From the IMG/VR virus record IMGVR_UViG_3300028299_000012, positions 1 to 36,990 of that record: 36,990 nt of DNA. One strand, given 5' to 3'. Of this stretch, positions 8,291 to 16,015 are shown in pieces. Position 1 is the stretch's first letter; each line of letters opens with the position of its first letter. A model generated the notes under the pieces. That model had not been told where the DNA came from. It made no database searches and saw nothing but the letters and a program-made list of their open reading frames with translations. The translations under genes and the position numbers were made by a program. Source of the stretch: a virus. Lineage: Duplodnaviria; Caudoviricetes.

Positions 8291-9010
8291 ATGAGCCTGT
8301 GGTTCCGACTCTACACGGACTTACCAAACTGCGTGAAGCTGCGCAAGCTGACCATACAGCATCAGATCGGGTATATCTGGTGCCTGTGTCTGCACAAGGA
8401 GAATCACCTGGTAGGGCAAGACACGCAGGACATCGCATGGTCACTGCGTATGGAACTGGCCGACACCATCGAGATGCTCGACACGTTGAAGTCCGCGCGT
8501 CTGCTCGGACGCGACCTGACGCCGGTAGGTTGGGAGGAGCGCCAGTTCGTCTCTGATGGGTCAACGGAACGGGTTCGCAAGTACCGCCAGAAACAGCGCG
8601 GTAACGCCGAGGTGAAACGTTGCGGAAACGTTTCAGAAACGGCCGATGAAACGGACCAGAGCAGAGCAGAGCAGAGCAGAGCAGAGCAGAACAGAGCAGA
8701 GTGCCGCGCGCACGGGGACGAGTTTTGCAACGCCGATGAGACATGGAACACCGGCCAATACGTCGCTGCCTTCCATGCGATACCCGGCCTACAGGCGGTC
8801 CCAGATGTGTCCATACTCAATGCGCTGAAGGCCGAACCTGAACACAGATTCAGAGCGTCGGCGTGGAATGACTTCGCCGCCGCCGTGCTTGGATCCGTCG
8901 GTGGCATCGAGAGCCCGGTCGCAATGCTGACCGCCTACATGCGCAACGCCCGCAAGCACGCCGCCGCACCGAAACACGACATCCTGCCGGTCATCGGAGA
9001 GACAGACTGA
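8291..9010 (+). CDS. phage replication initiator (replisome organiser-like)
   Basis: MSLWFRLYTD..KLRKL, WEERQFVSDGSTERVRKYR, low-complexity linker with QSRAE repeats. Confidence 0.75.
   Translation: MSLWFRLYTDLPNCVKLRKLTIQHQIGYIWCLCLHKENHLVGQDTQDIAWSLRMELADTIEMLDTLKSARLLGRDLTPVGWEERQFVSDGSTERVRKYRQKQRGNAEVKRCGNVSETADETDQSRAEQSRAEQNRAECRAHGDEFCNADETWNTGQYVAAFHAIPGLQAVPDVSILNALKAEPEHRFRASAWNDFAAAVLGSVGGIESPVAMLTAYMRNARKHAAAPKHDILPVIGETD
8658..8701 (+). repeat. AGAGC pentamer run within the replication gene (possible origin or iteron-like region)
   Basis: AGAGCAGAGCAGAGCAGAGCAGAGCAGAGCAGAACAGAGCAGAG. Confidence 0.75.
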
Positions 9011-9732
9011 TGCAAGAGCCGACCCAGCTGACCCCGATCAACGTCACCGACGCCTACCTCGCACACTGGCCGCGGTTGACCAATACGTTCTCGTCATCCC
9101 TGGAGCGCTGGCCGGACCAGTTCGCCGCCGTGTTCACCGTGCGGCCGCTATTCCTCGAAGAGCTGATGTCGGCACTCAATGTCCTGGCTGTCGAAGGTCA
9201 GCATGTTCCAGGCTTCGAGGCGGTGCGGCAGCAGATATTCCACCGCCGCAACGCGGCAAAGATATCCGCTCACGAGTACCGGGAGGCAGGAAGGGAATGC
9301 GAGTACTGCCGCGGCGACGGCTACGTAACCGTGTTGGCCGTGGCCAAACCCGGCACCAGGCATTCCCGCGTCATGGTCCCGACGCGTCCCGAGTCGATCC
9401 CGGCACGCGCCATATACCCGTTCGCTCAGCCGTGTTGCTGTGCCGAGGGCGACCGCGTGAACAGCGACCAGAAGACCGGGTGCGCCGGTGGCGATGTCGA
9501 GACCAAGCCGTCCTATCGCTACCTGGCCACAACCCGGCAGAAGCTGGCGAAACTGCGGGTGACGCCAGAGCAGGCAGAGGCATTCGAGCGCGAGTGCGAG
9601 TCGATGTACCGGGAAGAGCACGGACTCGCGATGCTGAAGCGCCATGTACCGGGAACGCGCGACACGCAGTTGGACGCTCTCGTAGCGGTAATCCTGGACC
9701 GGGCCGTGTCGATGCAGGGGGTGCCGTTATGA
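9010..9732 (+). CDS. replication-associated protein with zinc-binding motifs (possible helicase loader)
   Basis: Translationally coupled to the initiator; CEYCRGDG and PCCC motifs. Confidence 0.55.
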   Translation: MQEPTQLTPINVTDAYLAHWPRLTNTFSSSLERWPDQFAAVFTVRPLFLEELMSALNVLAVEGQHVPGFEAVRQQIFHRRNAAKISAHEYREAGRECEYCRGDGYVTVLAVAKPGTRHSRVMVPTRPESIPARAIYPFAQPCCCAEGDRVNSDQKTGCAGGDVETKPSYRYLATTRQKLAKLRVTPEQAEAFERECESMYREEHGLAMLKRHVPGTRDTQLDALVAVILDRAVSMQGVPL

Positions 9733-9899
9733 CGCCATTTCCGTCACGCTGGATACGCATCTACACCGCCGAGGAACTGGAGCGCCTTGCCATCCGCACG
9801 GTGGACGGCGGCCTGACAGACCATCAGGCGCTGGTGGCAGAGCACTTGGTGCGGCGGCAGTGGGAGGCGCAGCACTCACCCCGACCAAGGGAGGATTGA
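9729..9899 (+). CDS. hypothetical protein
   Basis: ATGA-coupled; EELERLAIRTVDGGL. Confidence 0.55.
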   Translation: MTPFPSRWIRIYTAEELERLAIRTVDGGLTDHQALVAEHLVRRQWEAQHSPRPRED

Positions 9900-9964
9900 C
9901 GATGGCCACCGAACTGAAATGGATCGCTGTAGACACTTGCATGCCGCTACCGGAGTGACTGGCC

Positions 9965-10198
9965 ATGATGAACGACACAACCTACATCGTGATCGTAGGA
10001 GACAGGGACGGGGTCAAAGCGCCTCACATTCTGGCAGTGACAGACGACCTGCTGGTCGCCAGGAAGAAGTACGCGTCGCTACGGAAGACTGACGTGCCAC
10101 TCGCAATATGGGCGTTGGAGTCTGGCCAGGAGGCATACTCGGTTCAGGCCCGCAACGGGGGCACTTGGGGCTGCAGACGCTTCGAGACGGAGGGTTGA
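9965..10198 (+). CDS. hypothetical protein
   Basis: 77 aa ORF ending WGCRRFETEG. Confidence 0.55.
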   Translation: MMNDTTYIVIVGDRDGVKAPHILAVTDDLLVARKKYASLRKTDVPLAIWALESGQEAYSVQARNGGTWGCRRFETEG

Positions 10199-10201
10199 GC
10201 T

Positions 10202-10456
10202 ATGGCAAAATTGACGAAATCCGCACTGTTGCATAGCCGCTGCAAAGAAGCCTGCCATGGCTCCGACTGGAAGTTATTCATCAATTACGGCGGCATGGCG
10301 GCACACGGCTTGCCCGACTGCTCGTGCGGCTGCCGGTGGTTCGCACCATTGGCAGACTGCCCCGTCTGGGGCGTGTGCCTTCAGCCGGAGGGTGAATATC
10401 GCGGCAGCCTGGTCTTCGAGTGCTGGGGCTGCAAACGCTTCGAGACGGAGGGCTGA
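10202..10456 (+). CDS. Cys-rich small protein (DUF3027-like)
   Basis: DCSCGCRWFAPL..WGVC..VFECWGC. Confidence 0.6.
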   Translation: MAKLTKSALLHSRCKEACHGSDWKLFINYGGMAAHGLPDCSCGCRWFAPLADCPVWGVCLQPEGEYRGSLVFECWGCKRFETEG

Positions 10457-10460
10457 GGCG

Positions 10461-10766
10461 ATGCCGACACCGGAGCAACGCGAAATGCTGGCCACTATCG
10501 ACGCGCTGACTGCCGACCTGGCAAATGCCACGGAAAACGCCGCCAAGTGGTTTGCGCTGTGCCAGGACCAGGCCAGGACGGCGGCGGACAACTTCCTCAA
10601 GATTGCCGAGCTGGAGAGCGAGCTGTCCTTGCTGCGTCGCTGTGTAGCCAGCGAGGACGTGATGGCCGAATACTGCTGTGACGACTCGGAGGAGTGCCAT
10701 GCCGACTGGTGCGTCGCCTGGCGAGAGTGGCGTAGGAGGTACGGCAACCGGGAGGACAGGCCATGA
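10461..10766 (+). CDS. coiled-coil hypothetical protein
   Basis: RBS GAGG, ATG at 10461, ATGA-coupled to the next gene. Confidence 0.6.
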   Translation: MPTPEQREMLATIDALTADLANATENAAKWFALCQDQARTAADNFLKIAELESELSLLRRCVASEDVMAEYCCDDSEECHADWCVAWREWRRRYGNREDRP

Positions 10767-10978
10767 TCCGGCACATACCCAGTGCGACCTACACGCGAGT
10801 GGACCCGCAGCAGTATTTCGCCCTGACGCTGACGTCTCACGTGCGGATGCCGCTGAGCGAAATCCCGACCCACCTGCGACAGATTGCCGATGCGATAGAA
10901 CAGTATCCACCGGCGGAACTGCCAATCCGGCGGCGTGGATCAGGCGATGGCATAAGCTATGACTGGAGGATTGGATGA
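10763..10978 (+). CDS. hypothetical protein
   Basis: ATGA-coupled 71 aa ORF. Confidence 0.45.
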   Translation: MIRHIPSATYTRVDPQQYFALTLTSHVRMPLSEIPTHLRQIADAIEQYPPAELPIRRRGSGDGISYDWRIG

Positions 10979-11118
10979 TGACCCGAGCGGAAGCGGCCAG
11001 GCGCGAACAGAACGGCACGCTCGGGTTGCTGCCGAACTTAAGCGTAAGTGGCGCGGCTTGCCCGCGTACACTGCACGCTCTGGTTGGCCTTCCGGTTGGC
11101 CAGGGCAGAAAGGACAAG

Positions 11119-11598
11119 ATGGGACTGGATACGACACACGGATGTTGGCACGGCGCATACTCTGATTTTATGCGGTGGCGCTGTGAGATCGCAAAAGCGG
11201 CAGGACTGCCGCCGTTGCAGTTCATGGAGGGCTTTTACGACTGGGAGGACATCACGCACGAGGACGTCAATGCTGCGGTGCAGACACTCGGGTTCGCGTC
11301 CAGACACGAGTGGGCCAGAGACATGTTGCAGGCGTTATATTACGGCGGAAGCCTGCCGATCAAGTGGGATTGCCTGAAGCCGTCGCCGTTGCACGCGCTC
11401 TTGAACCACAGCGATTGTGAAGGCGACATTCCTGCGCAAGAATGCGCTGGCATTGCCGACGCGATGGAGGCGGTGCTGCCGGAACTCCAGAACGTCTCCG
11501 GCGGCGGGCACATCGGCGACTTGCGCGAGAAGACGCAGGCGTTTATCGCCGGGTTGCGACTTGCCGCCGAGAAAGGGGAGAGCGTTGAATTTCGCTAA
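11119..11598 (+). CDS. conserved phage hypothetical protein
   Basis: MGLDTTHGCWHGAYSDFMRWR and LLNHSDCEG motifs; RBS AAAGGA. Confidence 0.7.
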   Translation: MGLDTTHGCWHGAYSDFMRWRCEIAKAAGLPPLQFMEGFYDWEDITHEDVNAAVQTLGFASRHEWARDMLQALYYGGSLPIKWDCLKPSPLHALLNHSDCEGDIPAQECAGIADAMEAVLPELQNVSGGGHIGDLREKTQAFIAGLRLAAEKGESVEFR

Positions 11599-11599
11599 G

Positions 11600-11658
11600 G
11601 CCGAACGCCACGGGTGAGAATCGCGCTATTGCGCGTACTCTCCGCCCGATTGTTGGCA
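11600..11658. other. attC-like site 1 (59 bp)
   Basis: GCCGAAC...GTTGGCA ends with an internal imperfect palindrome, directly after a stop codon. Confidence 0.55.
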
Positions 11659-11674
11659 GTCTGGAGTGTGGGGA

Positions 11675-11743
11675 ATGAAGCCATATTATCAGGATGACGC
11701 GGTGACGATCTACCACGGCGACTGCCGGGAGGTGGCGACATGA
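11675..11743 (+). pseudogene. truncated N-terminus of an N6/N4 DNA methyltransferase
   Basis: MKPYYQDDAVTIYHGDCREVAT*, the typical start of phage DNA MTases, stops after 22 aa. Confidence 0.6.
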
Positions 11744-12000
11744 ACGCCGCGAGCCGTCCCGACGATTGGCGTGCCGGCGGGTTCGTGTGCTGCCGCTGCC
11801 GCGATACCGGCCGGAGGTGGGAGCAAGTGCATATTGCAGGAGAAGTGGGCAAAGTGAATGAAATCGTTGAATTCCGGGTCACGGAATGCCCGGACTGCAA
11901 CGAGTTCGCAGTGCGCGGAACGACAGCATCACGGGCGGCGAAGCCGTACCGTGAATGCACTGGTTGGCCTTCTTGGTCAGCCAGTGCGAGAAAGGAGAAC

Positions 12001-12339
12001 ATGAGCCGATACGGATACGATTCCGACCACCGCCAGGGAGAGCGCGACTTCGAGCGGAACGGGCGCTACGGCTATGATGAGCGCCGCTATCTCGGGCACG
12101 AGCGCGACGACCGCGACTACCGGGATGGATTCGACGAGGCGCGGAGGGCTGACGAGCGCCGCCGCGAGGAACGGGAGCAGGAAGAAGCGGCAGAGCGCCG
12201 CCGCGAGTACGAGCGCGAGCAACAGCGTCGCCACCAGGCCGAAGAGGAAGAGGCGGAATACGAGGCGCGGCGGCAAGAGGAAGAACAGGCGGAATCAGAG
12301 GCTAACGCCTCGCGTCAGTTTCGCGAGGAACTAGCGTAA
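12001..12339 (+). CDS. highly charged Arg/Glu-rich protein (in-frame upstream extension from 11740 possible)
   Basis: RBS AAGGAG before ATG 12001; the 3' end runs through attC-like site 2. Confidence 0.6.
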   Translation: MSRYGYDSDHRQGERDFERNGRYGYDERRYLGHERDDRDYRDGFDEARRADERRREEREQEEAAERRREYEREQQRRHQAEEEEAEYEARRQEEEQAESEANASRQFREELA

Positions 12340-12359
12340 ACTGCACGCGATTGTTCGCG
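12300..12359. other. attC-like site 2 (60 bp)
   Basis: GGCTAAC..TCGCGT-CAGTTT-CGC loop GCG-T-AAACTG-C-ACGCGA..GTTCGCG with two unpaired bases. Confidence 0.7.
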
Positions 12360-12378
12360 TGCCCGATTGGAGGTCAAT

Positions 12379-12687
12379 ATGTGGTGGAAACGGAAGAAGG
12401 AAAAACCTAAACCGGACTCGATACAGGAAGGTATAGGCAAGCTGATCGCATTTCGTAAGCGGGGTGAGACGTTCAGGTACTTGGGTGTCACGATGATGGT
12501 CACGGGCCACTGGGGGATACGAGACAGCCTGTACGGATGCGAAGTGTACCCGATCTTGCGCTGTGATTATGTTGACGCGCATGGAGTGCTGCATCAGGCA
12601 TCCTTCGTGCTGTCGGAACTGCCAACGCTTGAGCGCGAGAATGGTAACGCGAAACGATCAAGCTCAGTTTCGAGCGTAGCGAAGTAA
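12379..12687 (+). CDS. hypothetical cassette-like protein
   Basis: GGAGG RBS right after attC-like site 2; stop lies inside attC-like site 3; more AT-rich. Confidence 0.65.
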   Translation: MWWKRKKEKPKPDSIQEGIGKLIAFRKRGETFRYLGVTMMVTGHWGIRDSLYGCEVYPILRCDYVDAHGVLHQASFVLSELPTLERENGNAKRSSSVSSVAK

Positions 12688-12707
12688 ACTGGAGCGCCTG
12701 GTTGGCG
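12649..12707. other. attC-like site 3 (59 bp)
   Basis: GCGAAAC-GATCAAGCTCAGTTTCGAGCGTAGCGAAGTAAACTGGAGCGCCTG-GTTGGCG. Confidence 0.7.
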
Positions 12708-12732
12708 CTCCGCAACGACAGGAGAACAGGCC

Positions 12733-13149
12733 GTGAGTCTGTTGCTGGCGATCTACGAAGAACACAGACAGCGCACAGGGCACGACTTCGCTTCGCGCGC
12801 CGATGCATGCGTCGGGAGCTGCGAGGTCTGCAATGCCCTCTTCGCAGCGAAGCGACGCGAAGACGAGGCAGCCACCTTCGTTCTCCTTTCCTGCTGGTAC
12901 GAAGGCGACGGGAACCTCGTCGACGATTCGTTCGTAGCCTGCGGCGACCTCGAAGCGCTCAAACGTTTCGTGCCCGCCGGGGCGGAGCTTTTCATGCCCG
13001 GCGAGACGGTACCTGACAACGGGAAATACGGGGACTCCCGCCGCAGGTTTCGCATTGCAGCCGTTCCTCTGCTGCAGATACCGTATGGAGACGGCCAGAC
13101 GCATGGCACAGGGCGTGCTGGATTTTGGTACTGCCAACGCCGGAGGTGA
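12733..13149 (+). CDS. hypothetical cassette-like protein
   Basis: AGGAG RBS then GTG after attC-like site 3. Confidence 0.55.
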   Translation: MSLLLAIYEEHRQRTGHDFASRADACVGSCEVCNALFAAKRREDEAATFVLLSCWYEGDGNLVDDSFVACGDLEALKRFVPAGAELFMPGETVPDNGKYGDSRRRFRIAAVPLLQIPYGDGQTHGTGRAGFWYCQRRR

Positions 13150-13175
13150 AGCGTGAGCGGTAGCGAGTCGGTAGA

Positions 13176-13406
13176 ATGGAGTGGTTAGCGATGGCTTATG
13201 ATGGCAACAGATGCAAGGCACGCGGGTGTAAGAACGGACACTTGGTGTTTCGGTTTCGCGTCCCAGAGGTACGGGGGGACAGAGGTCATCTGGAGTGCGA
13301 CCAATGCGGTACATGGTCCGCTGAGGGTATGACACGTTGGAAGTCGCCACGCCCGTCAGGTGCATTCGGTGACGGGGGGCATCCCGATGACTACGGGGAC
13401 CGCTAA
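13176..13406 (+). CDS. small zinc-ribbon protein
   Basis: CKARGC and CDQCG motifs; TAA falls within the CGCTAAC of attC-like site 4. Confidence 0.5.
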   Translation: MEWLAMAYDGNRCKARGCKNGHLVFRFRVPEVRGDRGHLECDQCGTWSAEGMTRWKSPRPSGAFGDGGHPDDYGDR

Positions 13407-13459
13407 CGATCAAGCTCAGTTTCGAGCGTAGCGACGTAAACTGGATGCCTTTGTTGGGC
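13401..13459. other. attC-like site 4 (59 bp)
   Basis: CGCTAAC-GATCAAGCTCAGTTTCGAGCGTAGCGACGTAAACTGGATGCCTTT-GTTGGGC; 40 of 41 nt identical to the core of site 3. Confidence 0.75.
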
Positions 13460-13483
13460 ATCCGAATTAGGAGGGCTGAGGCC

Positions 13484-14080
13484 ATGCTGACCAAGGAGCA
13501 ACTGCAGCCGTTCTGCAGTACCGACGAGACACGTTTGAGCCTACAGACGCCATACGTCCGAGACGGCTGCACCTACGCGACCGACGGCCGCGTCGCTGTC
13601 AGGGTGCCTGGCGAGGTCCCCGGATGCCACGTGGACGTTAACGCGCCGGACACGGGTAAGGTCATCGACCAGATTCCCGACTCCGGGTCGTGGATTCCGG
13701 TCACGATGCCAGAGGACATCACCGCGTCGGTCCCGTGCGAAGATTGTCGTGGTGATCCAGACCACGAGTGCGCGGCGTGCGACGGCACCGGCGAGGTGAC
13801 GGCCAAATTCTACTGGCGTGGCACAACGTACGACATCGACGGCACCTGTCCGCTGTGCGACGGCAGTGGTGTGTGTGCGCGTTGCGGCGGTACCGGCTGG
13901 CACAGCAATGACGATCCAGTCAAGCTCGGCAGCAACGTTTACTCGGCAAACCGCCTGGCAAAGGTCGCCGCGCTGCCAGGCGTGATGTTGTGCGACGTTG
14001 AGGGATACCAGCCTGTGCGGTTCAGGTTCGACGACGACGGCGAGGGCGCAATCATGCCGATGAGGATGGAGGCCATATGA
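13484..14080 (+). CDS. beta-clamp-like fragment with inserted DnaJ-type CxxCxGxG zinc finger
   Basis: DETRLSL, YATDGRVAV and C-terminal IMPMR flank four CxxCxG repeats. Confidence 0.6.
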   Translation: MLTKEQLQPFCSTDETRLSLQTPYVRDGCTYATDGRVAVRVPGEVPGCHVDVNAPDTGKVIDQIPDSGSWIPVTMPEDITASVPCEDCRGDPDHECAACDGTGEVTAKFYWRGTTYDIDGTCPLCDGSGVCARCGGTGWHSNDDPVKLGSNVYSANRLAKVAALPGVMLCDVEGYQPVRFRFDDDGEGAIMPMRMEAI

Positions 14081-14640
14081 CCCGACGCCTTACCCTCGAT
14101 ACGCTGGCCGCCGGGATGAGCCCGGACGCGCTGGCGCGGAACCCGGTACTGGCCGCAAATGCCCGCCAGGACGCCCGGGCAGGGCGCGCACCGGGCACCG
14201 TGGCCATAGTTGGACAGGGGCAAGCTGCAAAGTCCCTAGAAACGGCCATACGGCGCAAATTAGAGGCGGTGCGGCTGGTGAGCGTCTGCACCAATGCCGA
14301 CACGCCGAAGCATGGCCGCTGTCCTCACACTGGCAGGCGCTACCGCAGTCAGACCGAGGCGCGCTGGGCGGCTGAGCATCCAGAGCACCGATACGAGGCG
14401 GTCGGCATACGGACTGCGGCGGGCGTGTACTGGGCGGACTTCGTGACGCCCGTCCATAGGGAAGGCAATATGTGCGAGCAGCAAGCGCTGGTCGAAGTCA
14501 AGGGCGCTCACATCCGGGACCGTTCCCTGCACAAGGTCAAGGCCGCGATCCGGCCGGCCAGGGCGATGGGATTCGCCGGGATCTGGCTGGCGCAGTGGGA
14601 CAAGGGCAGGTGGACGGTGACGGAATTGAATGAAGGCTAG
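14077..14640 (+). CDS. PD-(D/E)XK endonuclease (DUF1064-like)
   Basis: YRSQTEARWA, YWADF, VEVKG. Confidence 0.7.
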   Translation: MTRRLTLDTLAAGMSPDALARNPVLAANARQDARAGRAPGTVAIVGQGQAAKSLETAIRRKLEAVRLVSVCTNADTPKHGRCPHTGRRYRSQTEARWAAEHPEHRYEAVGIRTAAGVYWADFVTPVHREGNMCEQQALVEVKGAHIRDRSLHKVKAAIRPARAMGFAGIWLAQWDKGRWTVTELNEG

Positions 14641-14679
14641 GCCTGCAATCCGACGGGCGACCAACAGGAGGCGAAGAAG

Positions 14680-15330
14680 ATGGCAGCGAAGAAGATGGCA
14701 GCGAAACAGAATGTGACGATCAGTGCCCCGAACCTGAAGACTGCAGAATTCGAGATCGAAGGGACTGACCCGCTCGTGATTCACCGCGTGAGTGCGAAGC
14801 TGCAGAACGAGTTTCTGCAGAAGATCGTCAAGGGATCGACCCCGAAGGGCAAGGCCAAGCACGCCGCCGCAGACCCGGACGCCATCTGTGAGGCGGCAAA
14901 GTACGTCGGCATGACTGACGGCGTGAAGTGGGACGGGTTCAACGCGGCCAGCATCCGCTGCGCCATGATCTCGGCGTGCCGGTTGGCCAACTTCAAGATG
15001 ACGCTTGCCAAGCTATCACTCTTCACCGTGGCCGACGGTCGGGACATCTACAATCCGATGTACCACCTGGTGCGGATTCGTGGCAAGTGCTCTCGAAGCG
15101 AGATCATGGGCCGCACCTCCACCGGCAAGGCTATGCTCGTGATACGCCCGATGTACTACCCGTGGGATGCGACACTGCGGCTACGGTACGATGCTGACCA
15201 GTTCCAACTGCAGGACATCGCCAACCTGTTGCTGCGGGTCGGCTGTCAGGTGGGCATTGGCGAGGGCCGGCCAGACAGCAAGAACAGCGCCGGGATGAAT
15301 TGGGGCCTGTTCACAATCAAGGAAGGGTGA
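14680..15330 (+). CDS. RAMP/Cas7-like protein (putative RNA-binding effector)
   Basis: N-terminal strand EIEGTDPLVIH, central GFNAASIRCAM, C-terminal Gly-rich loop VGIGEGRP..GMNWGLF; adjacent to the GGC-NN array. Confidence 0.6.
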   Translation: MAAKKMAAKQNVTISAPNLKTAEFEIEGTDPLVIHRVSAKLQNEFLQKIVKGSTPKGKAKHAAADPDAICEAAKYVGMTDGVKWDGFNAASIRCAMISACRLANFKMTLAKLSLFTVADGRDIYNPMYHLVRIRGKCSRSEIMGRTSTGKAMLVIRPMYYPWDATLRLRYDADQFQLQDIANLLLRVGCQVGIGEGRPDSKNSAGMNWGLFTIKEG

Positions 15331-15333
15331 ACC

Positions 15334-15777
15334 ATGCAATCGATGACAAACGAGATTCAAACCGAACTGGAGGCGCTGGCAGCGCGCAATGGCGGCGTGT
15401 TGTCAGTACACGCCGTGGTGGAAGCTGCCGAACCCGAAGACTCGGTGCTGCATGACTGGTTCGAGTGGGATGACGGCGAAGCGGCAGCGCTCTGGCGGCT
15501 CGAACAGGCGCGACAGCTCATCCGTGTTGCCGTGACCGTGATCGACCGTCCCGACACGAAGCCGGTCGAGGTGCGTACATTCGTGAGCCTCCCGAGCGAC
15601 CGCCATGCGGGTGGGTATCGCCTGACCGTGCGGTGCCTGGAGGACTCCGATCTGCGCGGGGAAATGCTGGCCGATGCCCTGCGTGAGCTGAACCGCCTGC
15701 GCGCCAAGTACCAGACACTGAAGGAGCTGGCGCCGGTGTTTCGCGCTCTGGACAAGCTGGAGAAAAAAGCCTCTTGA
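15334..15777 (+). CDS. conserved partner protein of the RAMP-like gene
   Basis: VVEAA..SVLHDWFEWDDGEAAALWRLEQARQLIR; lies between the RAMP-like gene and the array. Confidence 0.7.
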   Translation: MQSMTNEIQTELEALAARNGGVLSVHAVVEAAEPEDSVLHDWFEWDDGEAAALWRLEQARQLIRVAVTVIDRPDTKPVEVRTFVSLPSDRHAGGYRLTVRCLEDSDLRGEMLADALRELNRLRAKYQTLKELAPVFRALDKLEKKAS

Positions 15778-15785
15778 CTAGAATG

Positions 15786-15957
15786 GGCGCGGCGAGGCAA
15801 GGCCCGGCGCGGCGCGGCGAGGCAAGGCATTGCAGGCGGGGCGTGGCCTGGCGCGGCTAGGCGCGGCTGGGCAGGGCGCGGCATTGCAGGCAGGGCACGG
15901 CGCGGCGTGACGAGGCATGGCGTGGCATGGCTGGGCGTGGCATTGCAGGCGAGGCAA
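15786..15957 (+). ncRNA. GGC-NN pentamer array (putative guide RNA array)
   Basis: 32 pentamers, 31 GGCNN plus one GACGA, in blocks of 9, 10, 11 and 2 separated by TGCA; intergenic, starting 8 nt after a stop codon. Confidence 0.75.
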
Positions 15958-16015
15958 AAGGACGGTGACGGAATTGACGGAGGGCTGACGGCGATGGCCA
16001 ACCAAGGAGACGACA

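Noticed and set aside
9902-9958. MATELKWIAVDTCMPLPE*, a possible DUF551-like N-terminal stub
   Set aside because: Only 18 codons; too short to support a call
10166-10456. Diversity-generating retroelement TR/VR pair
   Set aside because: The repeat is only 33 bp, one of the two mismatches is not at an adenine, and no reverse transcriptase is present in the window
14671-14705. 15 bp tandem duplication at the RAMP-like gene start (MAAKKMAAKQ)
   Set aside because: Real, but most simply a local slippage giving two alternative starts; no further structure
15786-15957. Canonical CRISPR array or protein-coding low-complexity repeat
   Set aside because: There are no 25-40 bp repeats with unique spacers. 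The overlapping minus-strand ORFs (PRPAQPRLAAP...) are by-products of the repeat and oppose the genome-wide + orientation.
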